DNA of 64,000 nucleotides, taken from positions 3,176,524 to 3,240,523 of the forward strand of contig MU053873.1 of assembly GCA_013239625.1 (NCBI GenBank). Reading direction: 5' to 3'. Below are positions 47,127-59,151 of the stretch, in pieces. How positions within the stretch are numbered: position 1 is the first letter of the stretch; every line of letters starts with the position of its first letter. The DNA is from Lama guanicoe. Taxonomy: Eukaryota. A program made the translations under genes and the position numbers. A model generated the notes under the pieces. That model did no database searches, had not been told where the DNA came from, and saw only the letters and a program-made list of their open reading frames with translations.

Positions 47127-50100
47127 CTGGAAACCAAGGGAAGGCGGCTGTGAGCTAAGATGGCAAAGCAGTGGCTGGGGTCCAAGTTCTACGGAACCCG
47201 GCTTCCTGAGTTCAAATCCTGCCTCCACCCCTGTGACCTTGGATCCCTCTTCCCTAGCCTCAGCCTCCCCATTCTCAGGACAGGAATGGCAGCAACTACA
47301 AGGGCTGCAGTAAAAATTAAACAGGTGTGTAGCCTAGAGCTAGACTCACAATAAAGGCACAATAAACTGAGCTGCTGTCATCACCACCATCACAGCCTGT
47401 ATGGACCCCAAGTCCCTCTGCCTCATGCTTCGCACCAAAGCCGCCCACTTGCTTTTCACCTTGCAAGAACCCACACGTCAGGGGAGGCCCTCTGCTGCCA
47501 GAAGTCAGGATGACAGTTCCCTTGAAGGGGCAGCGACTGGGTAACACTGGACGGAGACTTTGAGGGGTTATTAATAGTATTAATTTGGATGCCGGTTTTA
47601 TGAGTTTATGAAAATTCAATGAGTGATACAAGTGGGGTAAGATGGGCTTCCGTGCAGTTCGGTAAATAGTATTAAAAATAGCTGTGCTGCTTTCGAAGGT
47701 CTGAATCAAGCTTTTCTGGCCCTTGAGCTGGTCCCTTTCACCAGTTTAAACACATGCTAATGAGGTGATTTTCCACAGAAGGCCCTTGCCCACAGGCGAA
47801 CACACTTCTTTCCCCCGGAATCCTGTAGTTCAAGGGCACGGTGGGGTCAGATGGCTCCTGAAGAAGCCACAGCCCAGCTTCGGCACCAAGAGGGTGAAGG
47901 AGATTTGCTGACAACTGCCAGGAGCCACAATACAGGCTGAGACAAATCAAGGAATGTGCAGAACTACTCAGGGGCCCGACAAAACCCCTAGAAACAGCGC
48001 TGACTTTAAAGAACGCTGGGGTTGGCATCTATGAAAGAAACTCACAGCCCCTTTCCCTCCAAGGGACCAGAGGGAAGAACATGGCACCATCAGTCAGATG
48101 GGGAGTTGTCAAGAAAATGAGAGGCAGGTGTGTCGACCGTGGGCCCCCCACCACCCCGCTTCCATGGGCGCGGATGTCTGTGCCTCTACAAGTGCAACCA
48201 TTTCCTGGGATGCTCAGAATGCCCTGGGATAGTCTAGAAAGAATGTGGGATTTAGAATGAGGTGGCCCAGGCTTTAAACCCCGGCTCACCACTGGCTGGC
48301 GGTAGAACTGTGGTTGTGTCATGCCCCCTCTCTGAACCTGAGTTTCCTGTCTATAAAGGGAGAGGTAAAAAAAAAAAATTCCCTATCCTCCTGGTTGAGA
48401 TAAGACAAGGATCAGACGTGATAGTGGATCGGAAAGCACTTTGTACGCTGTCAAGTGCTTTACAAATATAAAAGATTACGAGCATCGCCTGACGACTCAG
48501 AATGTGTTCGTCTAGAGTTTGCATTACTATTTCTCTACCATCAGTTTTGAGTTCTTTGAAAAATGAGCTGGTTCTTAGTCTATAGCCTCTTAGTTCTCAG
48601 ATAAATTGCTTTGTTAAGTTTAAAACTGATATATGTATATGCACATATATATTCATCACCTGCTGAGCACTGGGCACTGCACCAGGCTCTTTGTCACATA
48701 TTACTGCATTTAACTCCTGCGTCAGTCTCTTAAATATACACGTTATTATTATTGCCTTTATTAAAGTGGTAACAGAAAGCCCTCTGTAAGTGTAAGCTAA
48801 GTGTCAGACACTGCGCTAAACACTTTACGGGTATTAACATGTGCCGTCCTCATGACAAATCTACGAGGTATGCAGTCCCCACGATGTCCATTGTACAGAT
48901 GATGAAACTGAAGCTTACAGAAGTGAAACAGTTTGCTCAAGATCCCAGTCAGGCACAAGTTAGGATATGAACCCAGCTTCTCTGACTTAAAGAGGTAGTT
49001 TTAATAAAATATATGATGAGAGAGGTATGTTCTGCTTTTTAATTTTAAAAAAAGGGGGTGTTATGGAGACACAGAGGAGCATCCCAGCTCAGGCTGGGAT
49101 GGGATCAGAAAGACTGTTGGGTAAGCAGGAGTTAGCTAGGTGAGGTGCATGAAGGCCATGGCCAGAGGAAGGACAGATGGCAGAGAAACCATGCTGCATA
49201 CGCGGCTCTGGGTGACTAGCATGAGGGCATAAACACAGGGGTGGGGCAGGTCACAGAGCGAGAGAAGTTACATGGGGCCATCTCAGGCTGCATAAGCTAT
49301 GTGGGGCTCCTAAGTATGCACTGTCAGAGAAACAGAGGTACAGCTGATGAAACTGACAGGGAGAGGTGAAGTGATCAGCCCACGGTCATACTGCTCCTAA
49401 GGGGCTACCCAGGGATTGGGACCCAGGCAGCTCAGCATGAGAATGCAAGTCTCTAACCACTGCACCACAGTGCCTAATGAAATCTGAGCCTGCTTTACCA
49501 ACTCTAGAGCCCAGAATCTTTGCCATGATTACACTCAAGCAGCATGCTTTGCACCTTTCTTATTTTCGAATCTGTTCTTGCTCTGCACACACCCTGAAGT
49601 GCGTCTGTTCTCCTGTGGGGCAAGTCAGCATCAGGGACTGCACTGACCATGCAGTACAGCTGCTTCAGAGTCTACCGTCCTCGTTGCCAGGAAGACTGAA
49701 AATGCTGGCACCGTCTCCTTTCCAGAGGGATCATTGCTAACAAAATTCACAACAAAAATCTCAGGCCAAGTCATCCTTCCCTTCATCATAAATTGCTACA
49801 GGAGAGAAGGGGGGGAAAAAACCCCAAAACTCATTAGGTTAATGGGAAATAAATGTCATCCTGCAAGTTCACATTTTGCAGCACAAAGATTCAAATTTAG
49901 ATAAAGCTGGTGAGTAATTAACCAATAAATCTAAATGATGTTTAGTGTTGTTGTGGGGAACTCAATCCAAACCTCAATCGTTTCACCATTTATCATCAAG
50001 GTAAATTGTTGGGGGCAGTTGTTAAATGTCCGTCATCACAGAACTCTCCAAGCACTTTTAAGATATGTTCTAAAAATCTTATTAGGGGATAACCAAGCCA

Positions 50101-50479
50101 CCTCACAGATGGGGAAATTGAGGCCTGGAGAGAGAATGTGTGTAGTTGAAGGCTGCACAGCAAATGAGTGGCAGATCTGTGCTACCTGATAACATCATGA
50201 AAAAAGATGGTCCACAAAAGGACGAATCCAGTTAACTGAACTTTCATCACTATGAAGCAGCCTAGTGTTAGATTTACAAATATACAGGCTTTCAAATAAC
50301 ATAAACCTCATTTCAAATCCACCTAGGCTACTAACAAACCATACGATCTTGGGCAATGTGCCAAACCTTTTGAGCCTCACTTCTTTCATGCATGTGAAGA
50401 AACTAATAACCCCTGTTCCACAGACTTGTTGTGAAAATTAAATGAAGTATGCTGGAAAAAAACACGGTCAAGTACTTAT

Positions 50480-53400
50480 CTTAAAATGTATGGGTAACCA
50501 CTAAAAGACTAGAAATACGGTTTTTAGCTTTAGAATCAGCAATAAAACTCAAAGGATCATAGAAAACATCAATCTATCCAAAAGCAGGGAAAAAATAAAG
50601 AAAGAAGCAAAGAAAAGGGACAATAAGCCAACAAATACTAAACACAAAGGAAGAGAAATAATTTCTAATATATCAGCCATCGTATAAGTGTAAATGAATT
50701 AAACTCTCCCATGAAAAATTAGAGACTAAACTATTGCATTAAAAAGTATCTAATTGTGCTCTACACTGGAATTTGACACAACACTGTAAAATGACTATAC
50801 CTCAATAAAAAAATGTTAAAAAAAAGTATCTAGCTGTTTAAAGGACATACACACATACATACACACACACACAGAAATTCTGAAAATGAAGGGATAAAAA
50901 AGTCTTGTAGGAAAACTAACTTAAAAGAAATCAAACAAAATAAAATAAGGGAAAAGTAATTCATAGAGAAAAGAGGGACCCATTATATAACAATTAAAGG
51001 AACAATCTACAATGAACCAAGGAGATAAAGCAATAATCAACTTAGATGCATCTAAAAATATAACCTCAAAATATATAAAGAGAAAACTGTAACACAATTA
51101 TAAGCAAAACTTAGCTAAACCATGATCATAGTGGGAATAGGACTCTCTCAGAAACACATCAAGAAGACAAAAACCAAAGTTAACAGGCAGTGGTTTTAAT
51201 GTAATCATATTTTAACTTTTCCTTTATGGTTTATGTTTTTATATTTGAACATAATATTTAAATCACAAAATTAACAAGCTTGATCCATTTGCCATCCATT
51301 AAGAACCCTACACTTAAAAATAGCTAGATTCTTTTTCAGTCAAACATGTGTTAAACTTGATCATGAACTAGAGCAACTAAGAGATCTCAACAATTTCAGA
51401 GACATTCTACTATGTCATTGAGTTAAAAATCAAAAGTAAAAAGTTACTCCACAGAATCCTAATGTTAGTAAACTTAAAACTCAATTTCTAAATAACTTTC
51501 AGGTTAAAGGAGAAAATCAGAGAATATGACAATGCACTCAGCACATAAGGATGACACATGCTAAGGAAACACGCAATTCAAGATAAATGTATTATTTTAA
51601 ATGTACTTTAAAAAATATTCAATGAAACAAGAAACATTTAAAATGAGCTGACGTATTCAACATCAAAACTAAAAAGAGAACAAATGAGTAAACCAAAGGA
51701 AAGGAGATGGAAAAAGAAAGATAACGACAAACATTAATAAATACAAAACAGGGAAACCACAGAACCAAAGCAGTTTCTTTCAAAGAATTAATAGGCAAAT
51801 CCTCAATAACACTGATCAACAACAAAAACCTCAACATTATTTTGATTGAAAATGGGACAATCTGAGAGCAGTAAAATTAAAATCATAAGACAATATCATG
51901 AAAAAAACTATATGGCAACCTATATGAAAAGTCAGATGAAATAATAAATATCTAGGAATATATTAGTTACCAAAATTCACTCAAAAAGGAAGAGGCTAAT
52001 ATCTGAATGGTGTTCAATTATGATTACAGAATTTCAAGATAATAATCAAATGTTCACCCTACCTGCTAAAAGAAACTAGGTTTATAAGCAAGATGAATCA
52101 AGAACATGATTGAAATTTCATAGAAACTGTTTCAGACATAGAAGCAAACTCATTTCATGAGGTTAGTACAATACTGGACTCAGAAAGTGTAAGAAAACAA
52201 AATTACAAACCAATCTTACTTATGAGCCTAGTTTCAAAAATTCTGAATGAAATGTTGGCAATTCAAAAGAGCAGTGCATGAAACATATATGATTAACTAG
52301 AGTTTATCTGGGAAATTTAAGCTAATAATTTATATCTAAATTATAACAGACTACATTAATAGATAAATGAGACAAGTCATAGGATTATGAACAACGGCAG
52401 AAAAAAGCATCTGATAATATTCAACAACCAGGCATTATTCTTTTTAAATATTAGAAAACTACGAGCAGAAGAAACTGATGAACCTGATTAATCTGACTGT
52501 CAAATATACATTGCAAATTTCATGTAAATGGTGAAGCTCCAGCAGCATCCCTACGAAGGAAACAATGCCTACCATCTCTTCTACCATTCTGTCTTACACT
52601 GGCGGCCCAAGCCAATGAAATAAGGTAAGAAAAAGAAGTAAGAGCTCTAAAACTTAAAAAAGAAGAGGCAAAACTATTCTTATTTTGAAATGGCAAAACC
52701 ATCTATGCAGAAAAACCAAAGGAATCTACAGGTGGAATATGAAAAATAATGAGTTCAGCAAGTTTGCTGGACACACAGTTAACATATATTAATAATATCC
52801 CCATGTATCACTATAACTAACTGAAATGTAGAATACAGAACAACAGTCTATTCATGATAGGCATGTAAACCACAAGATTCTGAGAAATAAATCTAACAGA
52901 AGAGCTCAAAACTTACATGGAAAATAGTAATAAAAATATAAATATTATTTTATTTATTATCATTATAAATATTAATTTAAAGTAAAATACATTTATGAAA
53001 GTCATAAAAATATGAAGAGATATAGCATGCTCACGAATGCAATGGTTCAATATAAAAAAGTATGTCACCTGTTTGCAAGTAACTTGCAAACCAATGCATT
53101 TGAAAATCACATCAGGCTCTGTTATGGAATCTCAGTAAGAAGATTAAAGGATCATGAATAGAAAAGACAATTTTAAAGATGAGAAAGATAAGCTGTTTAT
53201 AAGTCATCAAAACCCAGCCATTAAGACCACATGGTGCAGGAACTGACAAATAAACCAATTAAACAGAATACGCAGCCCATAAGCACAGTCATACATATAT
53301 GGAAACTGTAGAAAAAATTACTCATGAAATAAACAAAGATGATCTATAACAGGAACAAAATAGATTCCTACCTCACACATACCAGAATATAATCTAAATG

Positions 53401-54470
53401 ACCTAAACATCTAAAAATGTCCAAAACTAGGAATTTTCAGAAATACAGCAAAATATCATTATGAACTCTGTTAAGGAAAGAAATCTTAAAAGCAACAACC
53501 ATAACTGATTAATATGACTACTTAAAACACTTTTTATTATGTAAAAATATTATGAAGAAAGTGAAATGATTATCCACAGAGTAGGAGATATTTGTACAAT
53601 ACATAATCAAAAACAGATTAGCATCTTGGATAAGGATCATGAATGATGAATACAAAAAAAAAGGAGATGACAGAAGACTATAAACAGGCAACTCACATAA
53701 CAGAAAGCCATAATAAACATGAAAAACACTACCTCACGAGTAATGAGGGACAAGTCGTACAATCTGACACTCATTGACTGTAAAGGAGTTTTAAATGTCT
53801 GAGAGTGCCACGTGCTTGGGGGGATGTGGGGAAACAAACACAAATGCCGGTGACAACGTAAACTGCCACAATTACTCTGAGGAACAATTTGGGCTACATC
53901 TAACAATTCCCGAATGGCACTTTTCGAAGAGCCAGGAACTCCTCTCCCAGCTACACACCCTGCAGAAACGCCTTCCCGCGTGCAGTGAGACACAGATAAG
54001 AATACACACTGCAGTTCTGCGTCTCAGAATGGAAGCAGCTAAACATCCACCAACAGCAGAATGAATATGGTGTAGCAGTTATAAGGAATGGATTAGAGCT
54101 ACATGTATTATCATGGACTGAACTCAAAAACATAGCATGAAGGGGGACAAAGCAACGTGTAGAATCATATGGACTGTACACTGTTAAAGTTCAAATATAC
54201 ATGCAGGGAATTACACCCTTCAACGTCAGGATAATGGTCCCCTCTGGGAAGGAAGGCAGAAAAGACCGAAGGATAGAGGGATGGGAGATTAGGAACAGAA
54301 ACTGAGGGCCCACCAACTTTTTGAAACGTTCTGCTTCCTTAAAAATGTCTGAATCAGATGCAGCAAAACGTTAATTTATGTGAACCCTGTACTCCTGGCG
54401 CATAAGCATCAATTACGTTATTTGTTCTACTTTTCCACGTATTTGGCAAATGTCTAACTAACACATTTAA
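50480..54470 (+). mobile_element. Ancient decayed L1 (L1M) ORF2 + 3' region, ~4 kb, antisense to MYO18B
   Basis: A-rich plus strand with eroded ORF2 landmarks: N-terminal LNVNGLN-like (~50685), NYRPISLMN-like aattacaaaccaatcttacttatga (52201), LFADD..YxENP-like (~52675-52720), and 3' aaacatccaccaacagcagaatgaata (~54040). No open frame. Confidence 0.85.
50753..50820 (+). mobile_element. 68-bp young L1 3' tip with 12-bp TSD, nested in the old L1
   Basis: attgtgctctacactggaatttgacacaacactgtaaaatgactatacctcaataaaaaaatgttaaa; AAAAAGTATCTA at 50741-50752 and 50821-50832; closely similar to the 3' end of 25777-26069. Confidence 0.85.
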
Positions 54471-55250
54471 AAAGCATCAAATGTGATAAGTTATTTAAAG
54501 GTTCCAGCTTGGTGACTAACACAAAATTGGCATTTCATTCATTAGTTACCTTTCCTTTGCACATAAAATTTTAAATTTTAGCAATATTTATAAAAACCTT
54601 TCTTTACTGGATTACCTCCTCTCGTTTCTTAAATGGACCATGCTGGGTAGAATGCAACCTCCTCCCAGTGATTTCAGACTGTCATTCTAGAATGAAATAT
54701 TGGAGCGTGCACTCTTGTGCTGATGCCAAAAAGAGAGTAACCTCCATGGCTCTGCACTCAGTGGCCTCCCGTCTGCTTGGCTGAAAAACCAGAAAACCCA
54801 GAGAAGGAAGATCATACGGTTCTCCTGATGATGCTCTCAGCTTCCAAGTCATTCTCATGGTCGCAGTAGTTCTGCTCTAGAATTCACCCATTTAATCAAC
54901 TAAAAAATACATAGTGAGCATCTGTTAGTCTGAGGCCTTGCTGCCCCGCAGGACTATTTGGAAGGGGCCCACTTTCCTCTGCAAATAAAAGGAACAACTC
55001 TGGGGTGGGGGGAGGCGTTACTGACAGCAAGATCATTGCTAATTAATAGACAATGAACACACGTTAAGCAAATACAGTAAAACAAACAAATGCTCCTATG
55101 ATACTTGAAACCACAGGAGTCCAGGCACTGCTCTGCTGTGTCAGGGTTGCAGCAGCAGCGGCAGCATGTTCAGGGAGAGTAATATCTGGGGGACAGAGGA
55201 ATATCTGGGGGAGTGGCCGTGGGCTCTGCTGGCTGCTTTATTTACAGGAG

Positions 55251-55472
55251 CAGTCCTCTGCAGAGAGGAGGTTGACTCTGTCCTGGAGGAATGCTTGATA
55301 ATGTCTGGAGACATCGCTGGCTTTCACAACTCGGAGGTTTGCTTTTGGCATTTAGGAGGTGGAGGCCAGGGGTGCTGCTCAACATCCTCCCATGCCCAAG
55401 ACAGCCCCCAACCCACCACAACACAGAGCGATGCAGCTCAAAGCACCTGTGGCGCTGCAGCTGAGAACCCTG
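55251..55472. mobile_element. MER20 (hAT-Charlie)
   Basis: aatgtctggagacat...ggaggccaggggtgctgctcaacatcct...caagacagccccc...gctgagaaccctg. Confidence 0.8.
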
Positions 55473-56020
55473 GTACATAACGGCGAGTGCAACAAGCCCA
55501 CAAGGCTCTGTTCTCCAGAAGCTCGGAGCAGTCACTTAGGTCACCCTAAGCCACATAGCCAGAGTGGCCCCACTAGGGCTTAAAGCTCCATTTGCCAGAC
55601 TCTGCCTCCAGCCACAGTCTCGCTGTCATGAGGCCAGCTGTGAGCCCTGTGGCCATTCACAGTCACCCCATCAAAGTGAGGGCAGCCATCACTCCCAACT
55701 CAACAGCAGCTGGAGGCAAGGTGACCTTGGCTGTCACTCGTGGCTGGACCCACTCTCTTTATTCTCAAGGGTCCTCCCAAGAACCCTGCTGTGTGTAGAC
55801 CCTCCCCTGCCCCAGAAGGTCCCCTCTGAAGAGGCAGTGAGTGACGGCAGAAACAGAATTGGTGGAGAAGAGGGCTCTTGGGAGAAGCTGGTGGAGGCCG
55901 GCTGAAAGGTCTAGCCCCGGCCTGTCCTGAAGACCACTCCCCACCCCTGAGTCCTTGCTCTAATAGGACCCAGAGGCAGGGATGTGCTCTCCCAAATATC
56001 TGCCAGTGTCTCCCTCTTAC

Positions 56021-56125
56021 CTGATCACAAAGGGTTCCAATCAAGCCTTCTAAATCCTGCTTCTCATGGAGGACCATCTGCTTCTCCTCATACTCCTGCT
56101 CCAGCTGCATTTCCAACTGGCGGAG
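56021..56125 (-). CDS. MYO18B: MYO18B coding exon (~ex33), 105 nt: LRQLEMQLEQEYEEKQMVLHEKQDLEGLIGTLCDQ
   Basis: Acceptor ...ctttgtgcccacag; donor GTAAGA; 35 codons, phase 0/0. Confidence 0.95.
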
Positions 56126-56581
56126 CTGTGGGCACAAAGGGCAGATGCAGGCACAGGATGAATGAGCTCCATCAGGACAAGTCCCATGAGGCAGGGACCC
56201 TCTGGGGGCTGGTGGCAGGGGATGTGGAGTTCACAGCCCCTTGCCCAGTTCCACAAAGGCTGATGTAGCTGTTAGGAGGGGGTGTCACTGTCAAAGAACT
56301 CTGGAGCCCAAAAGCTCGGGAGCTGGACAACTCTGAGGAGAGCTGGCCAATTATGGGGAGCCCCTGCCATTCCCTGTGATGTCCCCACCCCCAGTTCCCT
56401 ACCTCTTTCCTAATACGTCTTCTTCCTCCGCCATGATCTGGCTTGAATATTTACAAGTCTTGGTACTCTGACTTTTTAAGACTCTGTACAACGTTACATC
56501 CCAACATCTCAAAATGCATTCACCTCTCATTAAATATAGTATGACGCAGCAAAAAAAAAAAAAGTCGCATTTGAGAATATT

Positions 56582-56970
56582 TGGTGTTTGGATTGTGTGT
56601 TTCTCCCCAGAATTCCTATGTTGAAATCTTAACCCCCAACACAATTATTTGGTAATGGGGCCTTTGGGAGATGGTTAGGTTTAGATGAGGTGATGAGGGT
56701 GGAGCCACCACGTGAGGACTGGAGCCCATGTAAGGTGAGACACCCCAGAGCGTGCTGTCTCTGTCCCTGTCTCTCGCCCCTCACTGTGTGAGGACACCAC
56801 GAGAAGGCAGCACATATCCACAAGCCAGGAGTAGGGCCCTTGCCCCACAACAAATCTGCCAGCACCTTGACCTTCGACTCTTCAGCCTTCAGCACTGAGA
56901 GAAATCAGTATTTACTGTCTAAGCCCCAGGTCTACGATATTCTGTCACAGCAGCCCAAACTGACTGAGAT
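56582..56970 (+). mobile_element. MaLR LTR (MLT1A-like)
   Basis: aattcctatgttgaaatcttaaccccca...gggcctttgggag...ggtttagatgaggt...gccagcaccttgacctt...cagcagcccaaactgactgaga. Confidence 0.85.
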
Positions 56971-59040
56971 CTATGGCTACGAGCAACTCATGCAATTTAT
57001 AGTCGGCTCTGACTTCTCAGTAATCACCCACAAAGAGCCTGCAAGGGTGTGTGCCCACCATCACCGTGCTCTGCACACCTTCTCTCCTCCCAGCCTCTCC
57101 CATGTGTGGAGCCTCGCCCCTTCCTCCCTGGCTCCATCTTGTGCTATCAATGACTCTATTTCACAGGTGGGCAAACTGAGTCAGAGAGATGTCCTGAAGC
57201 ACGGACTCCTAAGTCAACTGCTGCTGAGAACCGTTAGTGTTCCGTCTCCTGGCCCAGCTCTTCCGCCACACCGGACAGCCATCAGTATTCCCACCTACGT
57301 CGCTAACAATTGATTTCCTGCCATGGTGAGAGACAGACCAAGCAGAGCAGTTGCTAGATGTGCAGTCAACATTAGCATCTGCCATGGGAGGAAAACAACC
57401 TTCTCTGACCTCCTCTCCCCCGTTACAAATCTGTCCATGGAAAAGCCTCACGAGGGCCTGGGTCACATCTCCAGCACATCAGGATCCTGGCTCAGAGCAC
57501 TCATGCTGCTCTGAGGCCCTCCTGGAATGCACTAGAAACGGTGCCACCTTCACGTGCGGAAACACAGGCAGGGGCTGGGGGCTTCCATTTCTTGACCCAC
57601 GGAGAGAAAAAAAAGTACTGACTGATGGTTGTTTCAAAAGAAACTTCATTTTCATTTCAAAACCTCCTTTTATAAGTGAAAGACACTAGGAATTCTGCTC
57701 ATACTTGCTTAAAATGAAACCTGTGAAAGCTGAAATTCATTTAGAAGAATATACAAAATAATGAAAACTCTATACCAAGCAAGGTGAAGTTTTCTGGAGT
57801 CTGTCTGGTAGAACATTCCCACGTGGTGTTCCCAGTTATGCTGTGGGTGTGCGGGGGACGGTGGGAAGTCCATGCTAGGATACGTGTGAAAATCACTGAG
57901 TTAACAGGTCTTGCTTGCAGGACTTACCAGAGCCTTTGGCAGGTCCCTGTGCAGGAAGCACTAAAGGATGAGGTACTGCCCAAAGTGGACTTCTGTCAAG
58001 TGCTTCCTAAATGGCCTTCCATAGTCCAAACATTTGCAAAATAAAAAAAAATTAAACCTAGTTATTTTGGTTAAGAAACTGGGCTTTGGAGTCAGATAGA
58101 CCTAAGTTCAAGTCCCAGCTTGGCTACTTCATGGCGAGGTAACCTGGGGGAGGTCACTTCACCTTTCTGTAAGGCTACTCGGCCCTTTCTGGAGATGCAC
58201 AATGTACACGAGGCTACGAAAGGCCCAGAGAAGTCCTGCAAAGCCTGTTCAATGACACTTAACCTAAAGCTTCGCAGCAATCCCACTTTAAAGATCCATC
58301 TTACATTCACATCAGTGAAAGCTTCCGCATGGATGTTTGTCTAGGTTAAAATAACAGAAAATCAGAAAATCCTAAATGTCCAATGACAGTAGACTTGTTG
58401 AATAAATTAGAGACCATATGCCTACGGTGGAATATTTTTGAACATGTAAACTAGATCTGAATTGACTGATATGGAAGGAGACCCAGGACAAACTTCCGAG
58501 TGAAAACAGCAGGTTTCAAAATCGTATGACCCCACCTAGGTAAAAGGGTATCTCTACAAACACGTATGTGTGGTACAATGAAAGAGAGAGATGAAAGAAC
58601 ATGGAAAAACAGGAATAATCATGGTGTCCCGGAGGCAGGATTTCAAGAGTTTGTTTACTTCTTAAACACTGTTTGAAATGTCTGCAAAGACCTTGGGTAA
58701 AATATAAGATCTGCAAGGCAAAGAGCCAGAAAGGACTGGTCCCCTTCTTGAAACACATAAATCCTCCCCAAGGCATCAGTCACATGGCACTATGGGCTCT
58801 TGGTAGAAATCTTGGGCTGATTATGCTGGACAGCTCCAGAAGCTTCCAGAAGTTCCAGAATCATATTTAAGACAGGGACTTCTGCTCCAGCACCCCTGAA
58901 AGCACCTAGGAAGCTAGGGTCTCGGGTGGTTGCAGAAATCGGCTGTCCCCAGGCCCTGGAATTGCCCTCACTCTAGGGAAGAGACAGCAAGACTGGACCT
59001 GCCGGGACGCAGGGGCACAGCTGTGCTCGCGCTCACATAC

Positions 59041-59151
59041 CCGCCTCTGACAGGACTGGCGGATGTCCTCCAGCTCCTCCTCCTTGTCCTCACGGTCCTT
59101 CTGGTGCATCTGCTTCATCCGCTCGATCTCCAGCTCGAACCGCTGGCGGAG
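59041..59151 (-). CDS. MYO18B: MYO18B coding exon (~ex32), 111 nt: LRQRFELEIERMKQMHQKDREDKEEELEDIRQSCQRR
   Basis: Acceptor ...tgctgcccccag; donor GTATGT; 37 codons, phase 0/0. Confidence 0.95.

Noticed and set aside
51312..51324. MEF2 consensus TTAAAAATAG
   Set aside because: Single hit inside an A-rich decayed L1, where such matches are expected by chance.
50480..54470. Possible active reverse-transcriptase gene in the L1
   Set aside because: Riddled with stops and frameshifts; the catalytic motif is eroded and no plus-strand ORF2-like ORF appears in the track.
56021..59151. Two adjacent exons both start CTCCGCCAG (LRQ), suggesting exon duplication
   Set aside because: Similarity does not extend convincingly past three codons; coiled-coil composition explains it.
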